DNA of 47,499 bases. Origin: Candidatus Iainarchaeum sp. (GTDB taxonomy: Archaea; Iainarchaeota; Iainarchaeia; Iainarchaeales; GCA-2688035). The first letter of the stretch is position 1; every line of letters begins with the position of its first letter. Under the pieces are notes generated by a model. It did not search any database, was not told where the DNA came from, and saw only the letters and a list, made by a program, of their open reading frames with translations. The stretch is from positions 1-47,499 of the forward strand of contig JAFCCO010000012.1 of the NCBI GenBank assembly GCA_017610175.1, in the 5' to 3' direction. Below, piece after piece: positions 8,072-17,001 of this stretch. Made by a program: the position numbers and the translations under genes.

Positions 8072-9034
8072 ATGAGTTCGCTTACTTTAGACTTGCACAC
8101 TCATCTTTTGGAAAAGGATGTAAAACCGCATGTTTACTGGAGGGCAGTAAAGAAACGCGGCCTTGATGCGGTTGCAATAACCGAACACATTGAGGAAACA
8201 CCTGGGCTTGCATATGCCTTGCTTGCGGAGAAAAAGCCAAGCAATGTGCTGCTTTTGCCGGGAATGGAGCTTAACACAAACATAGGGCACGTTGTTGCAA
8301 TAGGGGCGTCCCCTGAAATTTATTCAATCGGCAAGTTTTTGCAAAAAGGGCTTGACATTAAAAAAGCAATCAAGCTTGCCGAAAGCAATGATGTTTTGCT
8401 AAGCATTGCCCACCCCTGGGGATTCGGGCACGACAGCGCAGCACACATTATGGGGGAGGCAAGGCTGCAGAAACTTGTTGAAAACAACTGCATCGGGGTT
8501 GAGGCGTTTAACGGAATGATTGGAAGCGTTGGAAACTTTGTTTACGCAACAAACTGGGTTAAAAGGCCGCTGAACTTCTTTGACTTTTTGGAGAAAAACA
8601 GGATTGCGAGAAAAACAAGGCTTGACCGCATTGGAACAAGGCTAAAAAAGCAGCTTGATGAAAGAAGCAGGGACGTTTTGGAAAGGTGCGCAAAACCGAT
8701 TGAGCTTGGAAAGGACGCATGCTTTATTACCGCAGGGAGTGATGCACACTATTCAAGGCGAATTGGAACCGGAGTGCTTAAGCTGAAAAGCCGTTCAAAA
8801 AAGCTTGACAATAAAAAGGCCATAAAGGCCATTAAGGAAAAGGAAAGGGTTGTTTGGGCAGGCCCGTTTGTAAGTGAGTTGCCGAACGGAAAATACAGGG
8901 TTGAGACTGCGACACCGGACCGGAAAGAAATTATTGAGGGGCTAAAGTACGCAACCATTTCAAAGGGCAGGGCAAAAATCGGAAGCATTGGCTCCAAAAT
9001 TAAGAACAGAATTAAGAGGAAGGGAAGCAATTGA
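8072..9034 (+). CDS. PHP-family metal-dependent phosphoesterase
   Basis: DLHTH, AITEH, PGMEL, AHPW, GVEAFNG, AGSDAH motifs; likely start is ATG 8072. Confidence 0.85.
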   Translation: MSSLTLDLHTHLLEKDVKPHVYWRAVKKRGLDAVAITEHIEETPGLAYALLAEKKPSNVLLLPGMELNTNIGHVVAIGASPEIYSIGKFLQKGLDIKKAIKLAESNDVLLSIAHPWGFGHDSAAHIMGEARLQKLVENNCIGVEAFNGMIGSVGNFVYATNWVKRPLNFFDFLEKNRIARKTRLDRIGTRLKKQLDERSRDVLERCAKPIELGKDACFITAGSDAHYSRRIGTGVLKLKSRSKKLDNKKAIKAIKEKERVVWAGPFVSELPNGKYRVETATPDRKEIIEGLKYATISKGRAKIGSIGSKIKNRIKRKGSN

Positions 9035-9441
9035 AAATTGCCGTTTACCCTGAAACAAACATTTCAAAATTGCCGCTGGACACCGACGCAATTCATCTTG
9101 TAAGGCCTGTTGCAAAAAAAAAGCTTGAAAAGATTCTTGCAAGATGCAGGGGCTGCAATGAAATCAGCCTGAGCAAAAGCTGCATGCAAAGGCTTCCACT
9201 GAAAACGAGAAAATTTCTTGAGAAAGCAAAAGTAAGGCTTGTGCTGGAGTCAAGAAGGGGGCGGGCAATTGGAATCTCGCTTGAAAAAATGCTTAAGGCA
9301 ATTGAGCTTAGAAAGGACTACCAAAGCCTTCGCGAAATTGAAAAGCTTACCGATATCCCAAAAAGCACGGTTCACTATCTTTTGAAGTATGCAGACCGGA
9401 CGAAGATTAAAAACGGAAAGAACACCGTTTATTTGAAGTGA
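9031..9441 (+). CDS. DUF1699-like protein with C-terminal HTH
   Basis: AIHLVRP...C...EISLSKSC...RGR pattern, then SLREIEKLTDIPKSTVHYLL HTH. Confidence 0.6.
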   Translation: MKIAVYPETNISKLPLDTDAIHLVRPVAKKKLEKILARCRGCNEISLSKSCMQRLPLKTRKFLEKAKVRLVLESRRGRAIGISLEKMLKAIELRKDYQSLREIEKLTDIPKSTVHYLLKYADRTKIKNGKNTVYLK

Positions 9442-9770
9442 TGCAAATGGGAAAGCTTTTTGAGGAAACAATTGTAAACCTGACAAGAAAAGGGGCCGCT
9501 GAAAAGGTGAACTTTCTCAAAAGCCTGAGGAAAAAGATAATGCCATCGCAGCTTAAGAAAATCCAGCAGAACGACAAATCGGTTCTGCGGGAACTGTTTC
9601 TTCCAAAATGGGTTTCATGGGAACTTCTAAGCGATTGGGCGGCGGACTTCAAAGAACAGGGTGAGGGAAGGGAATGCATTCTCTGCGGAAAAAAGGCTGC
9701 TGTTGGCATTGACTTCAACGAAAAGTTTATCTGCGAAACCTGTTTCTTAAAGCTAAAGAACCACGTCTGA
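9438..9770 (+). CDS. Hypothetical protein with C-terminal treble-clef-type Zn finger
   Basis: CILCG...FNEKFICETC; start overlaps the upstream stop codon. Confidence 0.65.
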   Translation: MMQMGKLFEETIVNLTRKGAAEKVNFLKSLRKKIMPSQLKKIQQNDKSVLRELFLPKWVSWELLSDWAADFKEQGEGRECILCGKKAAVGIDFNEKFICETCFLKLKNHV

Positions 9771-9866
9771 AACCTAAACATAAAGAAAACTATTTAAATG
9801 ATAAACAGCTTTAACTAAACAGAAAAGCGCACCTATGCGCAAGACAGAAACGGAGGGTAAAAAATA

Positions 9867-11570
9867 ATGGATAAGAGAATTGCCATAGTTGCATTGTTCA
9901 GTGTTTTATTTATTGCATTTGCTATTGCGCAGGATGGGGCAACGGGAGAAAACGTTGTTTCAATGAGAACAACAGACTCAAATGAGACAGTAACAGACTC
10001 CAATGCCGTGATAACTATTCCAAAAGACGGCTACTGCAGGCTTGGATGCCCAAGCGAAGCGGAGCTTGACAAACAAATAAGGGAATGCAAGCTCAACGGA
10101 GGAGAATACAAGATTGGAGCAGACAGGTGTGGCTGCAGATATGTTACATGCGTAAACACACTTCAGTGCCCCAGCGGCGAAGAACTGGAAAAAAAGATAG
10201 CCAGGTGCAGGGAAGAAGGCAGTGGTTATGAAACATACATGACAAGAACGGGCTGCAAAGACGTTAGGTGTGTTAGCCAAACAACAACCTGCCCCACAAG
10301 GGAAGAAAATGACAAGAAAATCGAAGCCTGCAAGGAAGAAAACCTTAACTACAGGTTCTTTGTTGAGAACGGATGCGAGTATGTGAGATGCATCGAAATT
10401 CCAAGGGAAGAGTGCCCAACTGAAGAGAACATAAGCCTCTCAATTGAAAGATGCAGGTCACAAAACCTTAATTACAGGTTCTTTGCGGACGCAACAGGAT
10501 GCAGACAGGTTAAATGCATCGACACAATCTGTCCGGGCGATGAAGAGCTTGGAAGGCAAATTGCAAAGTGCAGAGCACAGGGCGGGGACTACCAGAAATA
10601 TATGGACCGCTCAGGCTGTACCCAAATCAGCTGCGTTGAAACAGGAATTGTGTGCCCTGACGAGCGCGCAATAGACAGCCAAATAATGGCTTGTAAAAAC
10701 AGGCAACTGGACTACAGCACATACGAAGACGAAAGAGGATGCAAACAGGTTCGCTGTATTGAACCAACAGTAACAGAAATTGTTGAATGCAAAAAATATG
10801 TAGAGGACGGATGTGTAATAATTTCATGCACAGACGGGTACAGATTCAACTCCTGCAGGCTCCAGAACATATGCCCGGTTGTTGAATGCAAGACTTTCAG
10901 GGACGACGAAGGATGTGTTGTAAGGAGATGCACCGATGGGTCTGAAAGCAGGGACTGCCCAACAACAGGATCTGTTGAATGCAAGGTATACAAAAGGGAG
11001 GACGGCTGTGAAGTGAAAACTTGCACAGACGGAACCGAACTTGTATCCTGCCCGGCAGACGATGTTGAGTGCAAAAAATATGAAACAGAAGACGGATGCA
11101 TTGTAAAGGAATGCACTGACGGCACAAAGGACAGGGTTTGCCCGGACAGTTCACAGGACGTAGAGTGCAAAGTGTTCGAGGATGAGGAAGGATGCATGGT
11201 TAAAACATGCACCAATGGATACGAAGCACGGGAATGTGAGAGCGAGGATCAAATTTGCGAAGTGGAGTTTGACCCGGAAACCGGATGCACAATCCAAAAA
11301 TGTGAGGACGGACGCGTTACAAGAGAATGCCGTAACCAGGAAACCGTTGAATGCAAAAAATATGAGACACCCGATGGATGCACAGTAAAGGTGTGCACGG
11401 ATGGCTACGAAGAAAGGGAATGTGAGAGAGAGCCGTTCAGAGGCCTTGCTGAGGCACTTGAGGGAAAGTCACTGAAGGAAGCTATGGCAATGGGCGGAGC
11501 GGCAACTCCCCCTGAGAGAGAGCCTCCAAAGAACTTCATTGAAGCGTTCTTCCGAATGTTCGGTGGATAG
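9867..11570 (+). CDS. Secreted cysteine-rich repeat protein
   Basis: Signal peptide, 13 four-Cys repeats of two types, C-terminal amphipathic helix NFIEAFFRMFGG. Confidence 0.85.
   Translation: MDKRIAIVALFSVLFIAFAIAQDGATGENVVSMRTTDSNETVTDSNAVITIPKDGYCRLGCPSEAELDKQIRECKLNGGEYKIGADRCGCRYVTCVNTLQCPSGEELEKKIARCREEGSGYETYMTRTGCKDVRCVSQTTTCPTREENDKKIEACKEENLNYRFFVENGCEYVRCIEIPREECPTEENISLSIERCRSQNLNYRFFADATGCRQVKCIDTICPGDEELGRQIAKCRAQGGDYQKYMDRSGCTQISCVETGIVCPDERAIDSQIMACKNRQLDYSTYEDERGCKQVRCIEPTVTEIVECKKYVEDGCVIISCTDGYRFNSCRLQNICPVVECKTFRDDEGCVVRRCTDGSESRDCPTTGSVECKVYKREDGCEVKTCTDGTELVSCPADDVECKKYETEDGCIVKECTDGTKDRVCPDSSQDVECKVFEDEEGCMVKTCTNGYEARECESEDQICEVEFDPETGCTIQKCEDGRVTRECRNQETVECKKYETPDGCTVKVCTDGYEERECEREPFRGLAEALEGKSLKEAMAMGGAATPPEREPPKNFIEAFFRMFGG
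10047..10757 (+). repeat. Six intragenic repeats of about 40 aa (CP..E.....I..C......Y.......GC..V.C)
   Basis: Read directly from the translation. Confidence 0.9.
10782..11423 (+). repeat. Seven intragenic repeats of about 31 aa (VECK.Y...DGC.V..CTDG.....C)
   Basis: Read directly from the translation. Confidence 0.9.
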
Positions 11571-11574
11571 AACA

Positions 11575-11612
11575 GGAAAAGGCCGCAAGGCCTTTCCAAT
11601 TTCTTTTTTTTT
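11575..11612 (+). terminator. Hairpin plus T-tract terminator between convergent genes
   Basis: AAAGGCC-GCAA-GGCCTTT stem-loop followed by a T-rich run. Confidence 0.6.
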
Positions 11613-12267
11613 ATTTTTCTCTTTTTCCAAAGATAGCTGTGCCCAGGCGGGGCATTGTTGCGCCTTCCTCAACTGCAACCTCAAAATCGTTGCTCATCCC
11701 CATGCTCAGCTCCTTAATGGATTGTTCTGTTGCAAGCTGCTTCATTTTTTGGAAAAACGGCCTTGTTTCCACTTTGGAAACAAAGGGAGCCATGCACATT
11801 AAGCCCCGAACCTCGATGTTTGGAATCTGCATTATTTCAGTGTAGAGAGTGGCAAAGTTTTGGGGGAGAACGCCGAACTTGCTTTTCTCTTCTCCAATAT
11901 TTACCTCAATAAAAATCGGGAACGGTTTTTGCACGGCGTTTGAAATCTTTTGCGCAAGCTTCAGGGAATCAACTCCCTGAATGCAGTCAAACAATTCAAC
12001 TGCCTTCTTTGCCTTGTTGCTTTGCAAATGCCCGATGAAATGCCATTCAACCGCATTGCCTATTTCTAAAATCTTTTTTTCAGCTTCCTGCAAATAGTTT
12101 TCCCCGCAAACCTTTATTCCTGCAGAAATTGCCCGCTGTATTTTTTCAACAGGCTGTGTTTTTGTTGCGGCAAGAATTTGAACTTCGCTTGGGGCACGGT
12201 TGTGCTTTGCGAAGGCTTCATCTATCCTGGCTCTTATTGCAACCAAGTTTTGCTCTATTTCAGGCAT
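11611..12267 (-). CDS. yggS: YggS family PLP-binding protein (PLPBP)
   Basis: LAATKTQ, GENYLQE, WHFIGHLQSNK, LSMGMSNDF..A.EEGAT..RLGTAIFG. Confidence 0.95.
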   Translation of the reverse strand: MPEIEQNLVAIRARIDEAFAKHNRAPSEVQILAATKTQPVEKIQRAISAGIKVCGENYLQEAEKKILEIGNAVEWHFIGHLQSNKAKKAVELFDCIQGVDSLKLAQKISNAVQKPFPIFIEVNIGEEKSKFGVLPQNFATLYTEIMQIPNIEVRGLMCMAPFVSKVETRPFFQKMKQLATEQSIKELSMGMSNDFEVAVEEGATMPRLGTAIFGKREK

Positions 12268-12276
12268 GTTTTCCAC

Positions 12277-12414
12277 CTAAAGTGAGGGCTTTTGCCGTTC
12301 CATCTGTGTTCTGAAGTGGCATGCAGGGCATTCCTCTGTTTCAAATATGTTGCCTTTGTGGAGTTCCTCCAGGCCAACCCGCCTCATTTCAGTTCCGCAT
12401 TTTGGGCATTTCAT
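12277..12414 (-). CDS. Small CPxCG zinc-finger protein (45 aa), not in the ORF track
   Basis: MKCPKCGTEMRRVGLEELHKGNIFETEECPACHFRTQMERQKPSL*; two CxxC pairs; abuts yggS. Confidence 0.7.
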   Translation of the reverse strand: MKCPKCGTEMRRVGLEELHKGNIFETEECPACHFRTQMERQKPSL

Positions 12415-12476
12415 ATTTCGTCAATTAATTAAAGGGTGGGCAATCGTTTAAAAGAATAATCAATGGGAGTTATTGT

Positions 12477-13154
12477 ATGGCTTTGAAGGCTGTTTTGTTT
12501 GATTTGGACAACACTCTTGTTGATTTCATGAGAATGAAGACCGCGTGCACTGATGCCGCAATTTACGCAATGATTGAGGCAGGCTTGCCCCTGGAAGAGG
12601 AAATTGCCAAAAAAAGGCTTTTTGAAATGTATGAAGAGGTTGGAATTGAGAACCAGACCATTTTTGAGAAGTTTTTAAAGGTGGAAATCGGAAAGATTGA
12701 TTATAAAATTCTTGCCTCAGGCGTTGCCGCCTACAGGAGGGTTAAGTCAGGAAACCTTGTTCCATACAAGCATGTGCGCGAAACACTGCTTAAGCTAAAG
12801 GAAAGGGGCTTGAAGCTTGGAATTGTGAGTGACGCCCCCAGAATGCAGGCATGGCTAAGGCTTGCTGAAATGAACCTTATTGAATACTTTGATGTTGTAA
12901 TCGCTTTGGAGGACACCGGTGAATTAAAGCCAAGCAGCACACCTTTCCAGCGTGCAATTGAAAGGCTTGGCTTCAAGCCGGATGAGTTTCTCTTTGTGGG
13001 GGACAATCCTGAGCGAGACATTAAGGGAGCGGACAGGATGGGAATGCACACCGCTTTGGCCAAATACGGGCAGTGGGCAAAGGGAAAGAGCAATGCAGAC
13101 CACAATCTTGAAAGCGTAAGCGATTTGATTGAGGTTGTTGATTCCTACAATTAG
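12477..13154 (+). CDS. HAD-superfamily hydrolase (archaeal TIGR02253-like)
   Basis: FDLDNTL, IVSD, KP, VGDNPERDIKGA. Confidence 0.9.
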   Translation: MALKAVLFDLDNTLVDFMRMKTACTDAAIYAMIEAGLPLEEEIAKKRLFEMYEEVGIENQTIFEKFLKVEIGKIDYKILASGVAAYRRVKSGNLVPYKHVRETLLKLKERGLKLGIVSDAPRMQAWLRLAEMNLIEYFDVVIALEDTGELKPSSTPFQRAIERLGFKPDEFLFVGDNPERDIKGADRMGMHTALAKYGQWAKGKSNADHNLESVSDLIEVVDSYN

Positions 13155-14158
13155 GTGTATTCCTTTAGCTGAACCTGGCCCGCTTTTGAGACCTTTTTCT
13201 TGCTTAGTTCAAGGCATTTCATCAATGCCTTTTCAACGTTTGCGTTTGCCCCGTTGAATGCGGCAGCGCCCGGGTGACCGCCTCCGCTTCCCCTGAAAAA
13301 GCCTGAGAGCGGCTGGAAAACGTCTTTTGCAAGGTCAAATCCTGCTTCGCGCTGAACGCGGGTGCTTGCCCTGCCTGAAATTTTTAGCTCGCGGTTTTCG
13401 TTGTTTCCCGCAAACGCAATGTCTGCACCTGCGCGAATCAGTGCCATTGCCGAGTCGGATTCAAATGCCCCGACTTCCGAAATTACCCCAATGTATTTTC
13501 CCATTTTGAATATGCGGCTTCTTTTTGCGGCCTTTAGCATTGCAACCTTTTGGCTGAATCCCTTCTCAACCCTGAGCAATTCAAGAATTTGGGAGAATTT
13601 TTTTCCGCTTTTTTTGAGCAGGAAGGACATTGCGTCGAATGTGCCGGATTCAGCCGTTAGGAAGTGTGCCGAGTCCGCGGTTATTCCCGCAGCCAAAAGT
13701 GTTGCCATTTGCGGTGTTATCTTTGCCTTTGATTTGGTTAAAAGGTCAAGAACAATGGAGCAGCTTGCAACGGCTTTGCTGTCTATGAATGCGTTTTTTG
13801 GCTCAACCAGCTTGTCTTTGCTTTTTATGTGGTGGTCAAGCAGGTATTTTTCGCCCTTAAACTTTTTTACTGTGCTTTGCATGTTGCCAACCATGTCCCA
13901 CGAGTTAAAGTCCACCATTATGATGGAGTCGAATTCCTCAAGCGACGGGGAAATTTTGTATTTGGTGCCTGTTTTTTTTGCAATTGATTTGGCACCCATT
14001 GAAGCGTGTTCGGGCACAACTATTTGAACAGAGTTGTTTTTGGATAGAAACAGTGCGAGTGCGCCGGTTGCGCTTATTGCGTCAACGTCGGCGCCCGCGT
14101 GTGTAATTAAAGCAATTTTTTTATTCCTGAGTGAAAGGAAGGAAATCAATGGCGTCAC
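13151..14158 (-). CDS. DHH/DHHA1 family phosphoesterase
   Basis: THAGADVDA, VD, DHH, GGGHPGAA; conserved position at the end of the exosome superoperon. Confidence 0.9.
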   Translation of the reverse strand: MTPLISFLSLRNKKIALITHAGADVDAISATGALALFLSKNNSVQIVVPEHASMGAKSIAKKTGTKYKISPSLEEFDSIIMVDFNSWDMVGNMQSTVKKFKGEKYLLDHHIKSKDKLVEPKNAFIDSKAVASCSIVLDLLTKSKAKITPQMATLLAAGITADSAHFLTAESGTFDAMSFLLKKSGKKFSQILELLRVEKGFSQKVAMLKAAKRSRIFKMGKYIGVISEVGAFESDSAMALIRAGADIAFAGNNENRELKISGRASTRVQREAGFDLAKDVFQPLSGFFRGSGGGHPGAAAFNGANANVEKALMKCLELSKKKVSKAGQVQLKEYT

Positions 14159-14538
14159 TTCTTTTTGCCTGACTCCTCCGTTTCAAGAACCTGGCTTTCG
14201 GGGAGCGAACCCTTCTGAGCCAATTCGATTTCACCCTTTAGGCTGTTGAGCTTGTTAACCAGGCTTTCTTCCTGCTTCTGTATGGTTTTGAGCCTTAGTT
14301 CTGCGCTCTCCATTTTTTCCTTAACATCTTTCTTCACCTTTGTGGTGTCTGAAAGAATCAGGATGTTTCCCACTGCTTTGTAAACCTGCTTTTCCTTGGT
14401 TTTTTCCAGTTCCTCGAGCGTCAGCTTGAGTGTCTGGCTTTGCACTTGGAGCTGCTGCTTTTGGCCGGAAACGCCCATTAGTTGGTTTCTGTTTCTCTCG
14501 AATTCGAGAATTTTTTGCTGCATTGCGTTTTCGTCCAT
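14155..14538 (-). CDS. pfdB: Prefoldin beta subunit
   Basis: Coiled coils with VYKAVGNILI hairpin; synteny. Confidence 0.9.
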   Translation of the reverse strand: MDENAMQQKILEFERNRNQLMGVSGQKQQLQVQSQTLKLTLEELEKTKEKQVYKAVGNILILSDTTKVKKDVKEKMESAELRLKTIQKQEESLVNKLNSLKGEIELAQKGSLPESQVLETEESGKKK

Positions 14539-14539
14539 T

Positions 14540-14782
14540 TCATTCAACCTCCGAAATTTTCTGAACTAATCCAATTAATTTTAATGTTGAGTTAACGGAT
14601 GCCCTTAATGCAACCGCGTCAACTGCCCCAATATTGAGGGCTAAAACATCTTTATTAACCTTGATTTCTGTTTCCGATCTTTTATGGCTTCTCAAATCCG
14701 GAAGCACTGCGTTCTTTGCATTTTCCGCAAGTTTTCCGGAATCAAAAGAAAGCCTTAGCCGGCAGGAGTAATTAAAACCCAT
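14540..14782 (-). CDS. pcc1: KEOPS complex subunit Pcc1
   Basis: AVLPD...RS...I.A.D..ALRASVNS.L; synteny. Confidence 0.85.
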   Translation of the reverse strand: MGFNYSCRLRLSFDSGKLAENAKNAVLPDLRSHKRSETEIKVNKDVLALNIGAVDAVALRASVNSTLKLIGLVQKISEVE

Positions 14783-14783
14783 C

Positions 14784-14915
14784 CTACCTTGCCTTGACTT
14801 CTTTTGCGACTGGGTCGCGGGTCTTGTACAAGACCTTGAAAGCACACTGCGGGCATCTTATTACGCCCTGCGGCAGCTTGTCGAATATTTCTCCACATTT
14901 TCCGCATCGGTACAT
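14784..14915 (-). CDS. rpoP: DNA-directed RNA polymerase subunit P (Rpo12), not in the ORF track
   Basis: MYRCGKCGEIFDKLPQGVIRCPQCAFKVLYKTRDPVAKEVKAR*; lies between rpl37ae and pcc1. Confidence 0.9.
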   Translation of the reverse strand: MYRCGKCGEIFDKLPQGVIRCPQCAFKVLYKTRDPVAKEVKAR

Positions 14916-15422
14916 TTACTTCGCCTTCTTTGCTGCTTTTTTCTTTGGCGCAGCCTTTTTCTTTGCCGGCTTCTTTTCTTCCTTCTCTTTTGCCAAAGCC
15001 TTTTTTGCCGGTGCTTTCTTTTTTTCTTTTGCCTTTTCTTCTTTGGTTTCCTCTTTCTTTTCAGCCTTTTTTGCCTTTTCTTCGGTCTTGGGCTTTTCTT
15101 TTACCTCTTCTGAAATGGGCTTTTCTTGCCTTACTTCAGGCCTTTCTTTTGTCTGGCCTGAAAGGGCTTTCTGGGTAACCATTTTGCGAACTATGCTTCC
15201 GCTCATTGTTTCAGGTATGTAGGCTCCACCCGTGAACTTTGAACCGCATTTGTTGCAGTTGAATATCCCTGGTGCCACCCTTTTTACCTTGGCAAATCCG
15301 CATTCCGGGCACTTGTGTTTGGATTTTTGGGCCTCTTCTACTTTGATGACCCTTTTTCTGATTCCTACACCGTACCTTGAACCGAATCGTCCCGCTGTTT
15401 TTACCTTTGCTGTTCTGCCCAT
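14916..15422 (-). CDS. rpl37ae: 50S ribosomal protein L37Ae (eL43) with long Lys/Ala/Glu-rich C-terminal extension
   Basis: AGRFGSRYG, CPECG, C.KCG.KFTGGAY; then about 80 aa of low-complexity tail. Confidence 0.95.
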   Translation of the reverse strand: MGRTAKVKTAGRFGSRYGVGIRKRVIKVEEAQKSKHKCPECGFAKVKRVAPGIFNCNKCGSKFTGGAYIPETMSGSIVRKMVTQKALSGQTKERPEVRQEKPISEEVKEKPKTEEKAKKAEKKEETKEEKAKEKKKAPAKKALAKEKEEKKPAKKKAAPKKKAAKKAK

Positions 15423-15432
15423 TTTTATTCAC

Positions 15433-16212
15433 CTACAGTTTCTTTCTAACCATCTTTGAGGCTTTTGTGGCGATGTCAATGCAGCTGTCTATTTCAGCCC
15501 CAGTGAATCCACCGAATCCGCCTTTCTGGAATGCACAGAGGTAGTTGTCGTCTGTTGTTGCAACAGAGAACCTTGCGTCCTGTGCTTTCTGCTCAACCAT
15601 TGTCGGGTCAAGCACGACGGTGTTGCCTATTTTTGCGAAAGTTGAAAGCAGTGGCTGTCTTGCCAGCTTCAGCTTGCCGCTGTATTCTCCTTTAACAATT
15701 TTGTCGTCCTCGATTTTTGGAATCTTGGTGTCAATCAGTGCTGCAAGTCCTGCAATGCTGAATGCGTCGAAAAGGTTTCCGTCGTCGTTGAGCGGATACA
15801 AATCAATGAAGCAAATCCAAATCTGTTCCCCTTCCTTTATGCAGAGGTCCTTGAAGTTGAGTGTCTTGCTTTCCCTGATGCATCTGTCCACAACCCTTGA
15901 CACTTCGATTGCATCCGGCTTTGGCGGGCCGAATTCGTATTCTGAAAATGCCATTGGGTGCAGTTCTGCTCCGACTGAGATTGTTCCCTCACCGGGTGAG
16001 TCTGGGTATGGCGTTCCGAGAATCATCTTTACGCCTGCGATTACATCGGTTTTGCCGAGTCTTACGCGTGCCGACCCTTCCGCATTCTTGCTTACCTCGT
16101 TTGAGACTTCAATGTCCCTGTATGCGTCAAGTGCACGGTCGTCAAGCCTTTTTTCTTCCTTCAATGCGGCTTTGACTTTGTCGGTTTTTAAGGCCCATAG
16201 TACTGGTTCCAT
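15433..16212 (-). CDS. rrp42: Exosome complex component Rrp42
   Basis: RLDDR...R, AEGSARVRLGKT, PYPDSPGEG, RVVDRCIRES, DDGNLFDA. Confidence 0.95.
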   Translation of the reverse strand: MEPVLWALKTDKVKAALKEEKRLDDRALDAYRDIEVSNEVSKNAEGSARVRLGKTDVIAGVKMILGTPYPDSPGEGTISVGAELHPMAFSEYEFGPPKPDAIEVSRVVDRCIRESKTLNFKDLCIKEGEQIWICFIDLYPLNDDGNLFDAFSIAGLAALIDTKIPKIEDDKIVKGEYSGKLKLARQPLLSTFAKIGNTVVLDPTMVEQKAQDARFSVATTDDNYLCAFQKGGFGGFTGAEIDSCIDIATKASKMVRKKL

Positions 16213-17001
16213 TTATTTCACCTTCTCCTTTTTTGCGGCTTTCTCTTCCTTTTTCTTTTCCTTTCCCTTTACCGCACCGGCTGCATCATACTTTTTCTGG
16301 AGTGCCGCTCTCTGCACTTCGTACACCTGCTTGCAGCCTTTTACTCCCAATTCCAGGCATTTCTTCCACTCTTTTGTGGTTAGCAAGCCGTCCATCTGCA
16401 GAAGAACGATTTCCTCTGTTCTGGGCATTATTGCTATTGGGATGTCTACCGCATCAGGTGCGTCTTCTTCAAACTTGTTCAGGTCGAGAATTATTTCTCC
16501 ACCCGCTTTTCCGACTCCGGTTGATGCCACAAGGTCCCGCATTGGGATTCCTGCGTCTGCAAGTGCAACACTTGCCGCTGAAAGTCCTGCTGCTCTTGAT
16601 CCTGCGTTGCTGTCAAGGATCTGCACGAAAACGTCAATCACTGTGTTTGGGAATCTTTCCGCAAAAACAGCCCTTTGCAGTGCTTCACTGCAGACTTTTG
16701 AGATTTCAATTTCCCTTCTTGCAGGCCTTGGATTTTTCCTGTCCGGCACAGAGAATGTTGCCATCCTGTACTGGAAATTAACTATTGCTTTGCGCGGGTC
16801 CTGCTTGTGCTTTGGGAGCAATTCCCTTGGACCGTATACCGCAACAATTACTTTGTTCTGGCCCCATTCAAGATATGCTGATCCGTCTGCGTTGTCTATT
16901 ACGCCGACCTCTATCGTGAGTGGCCTGAGTTCTTCGACTTTTCTTCCGTCGACTCTTTTTCCGTTTTTAACATAGTCTATTTTTTCATCTTTTTTAGCCA
17001 T
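16213..17001 (-). CDS. rrp41: Exosome complex exonuclease Rrp41
   Basis: RVDGR...LRP, ADGSAY, VYGPRE, RREIEIS, ALADAGIPMRD. Confidence 0.95.
   Translation of the reverse strand: MAKKDEKIDYVKNGKRVDGRKVEELRPLTIEVGVIDNADGSAYLEWGQNKVIVAVYGPRELLPKHKQDPRKAIVNFQYRMATFSVPDRKNPRPARREIEISKVCSEALQRAVFAERFPNTVIDVFVQILDSNAGSRAAGLSAASVALADAGIPMRDLVASTGVGKAGGEIILDLNKFEEDAPDAVDIPIAIMPRTEEIVLLQMDGLLTTKEWKKCLELGVKGCKQVYEVQRAALQKKYDAAGAVKGKEKKKEEKAAKKEKVK

Noticed and set aside
10047-11423. Periodic sequence as a possible CRISPR array
   Set aside because: Repeats are conserved at protein level with synonymous variation, there are no identical DNA repeats with unique spacers, and no cas genes
15545-16975. 476-aa plus-strand ORF
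   Set aside because: It is the antisense shadow of rrp42/rrp41, with a Ser/Phe-rich composition and no motifs
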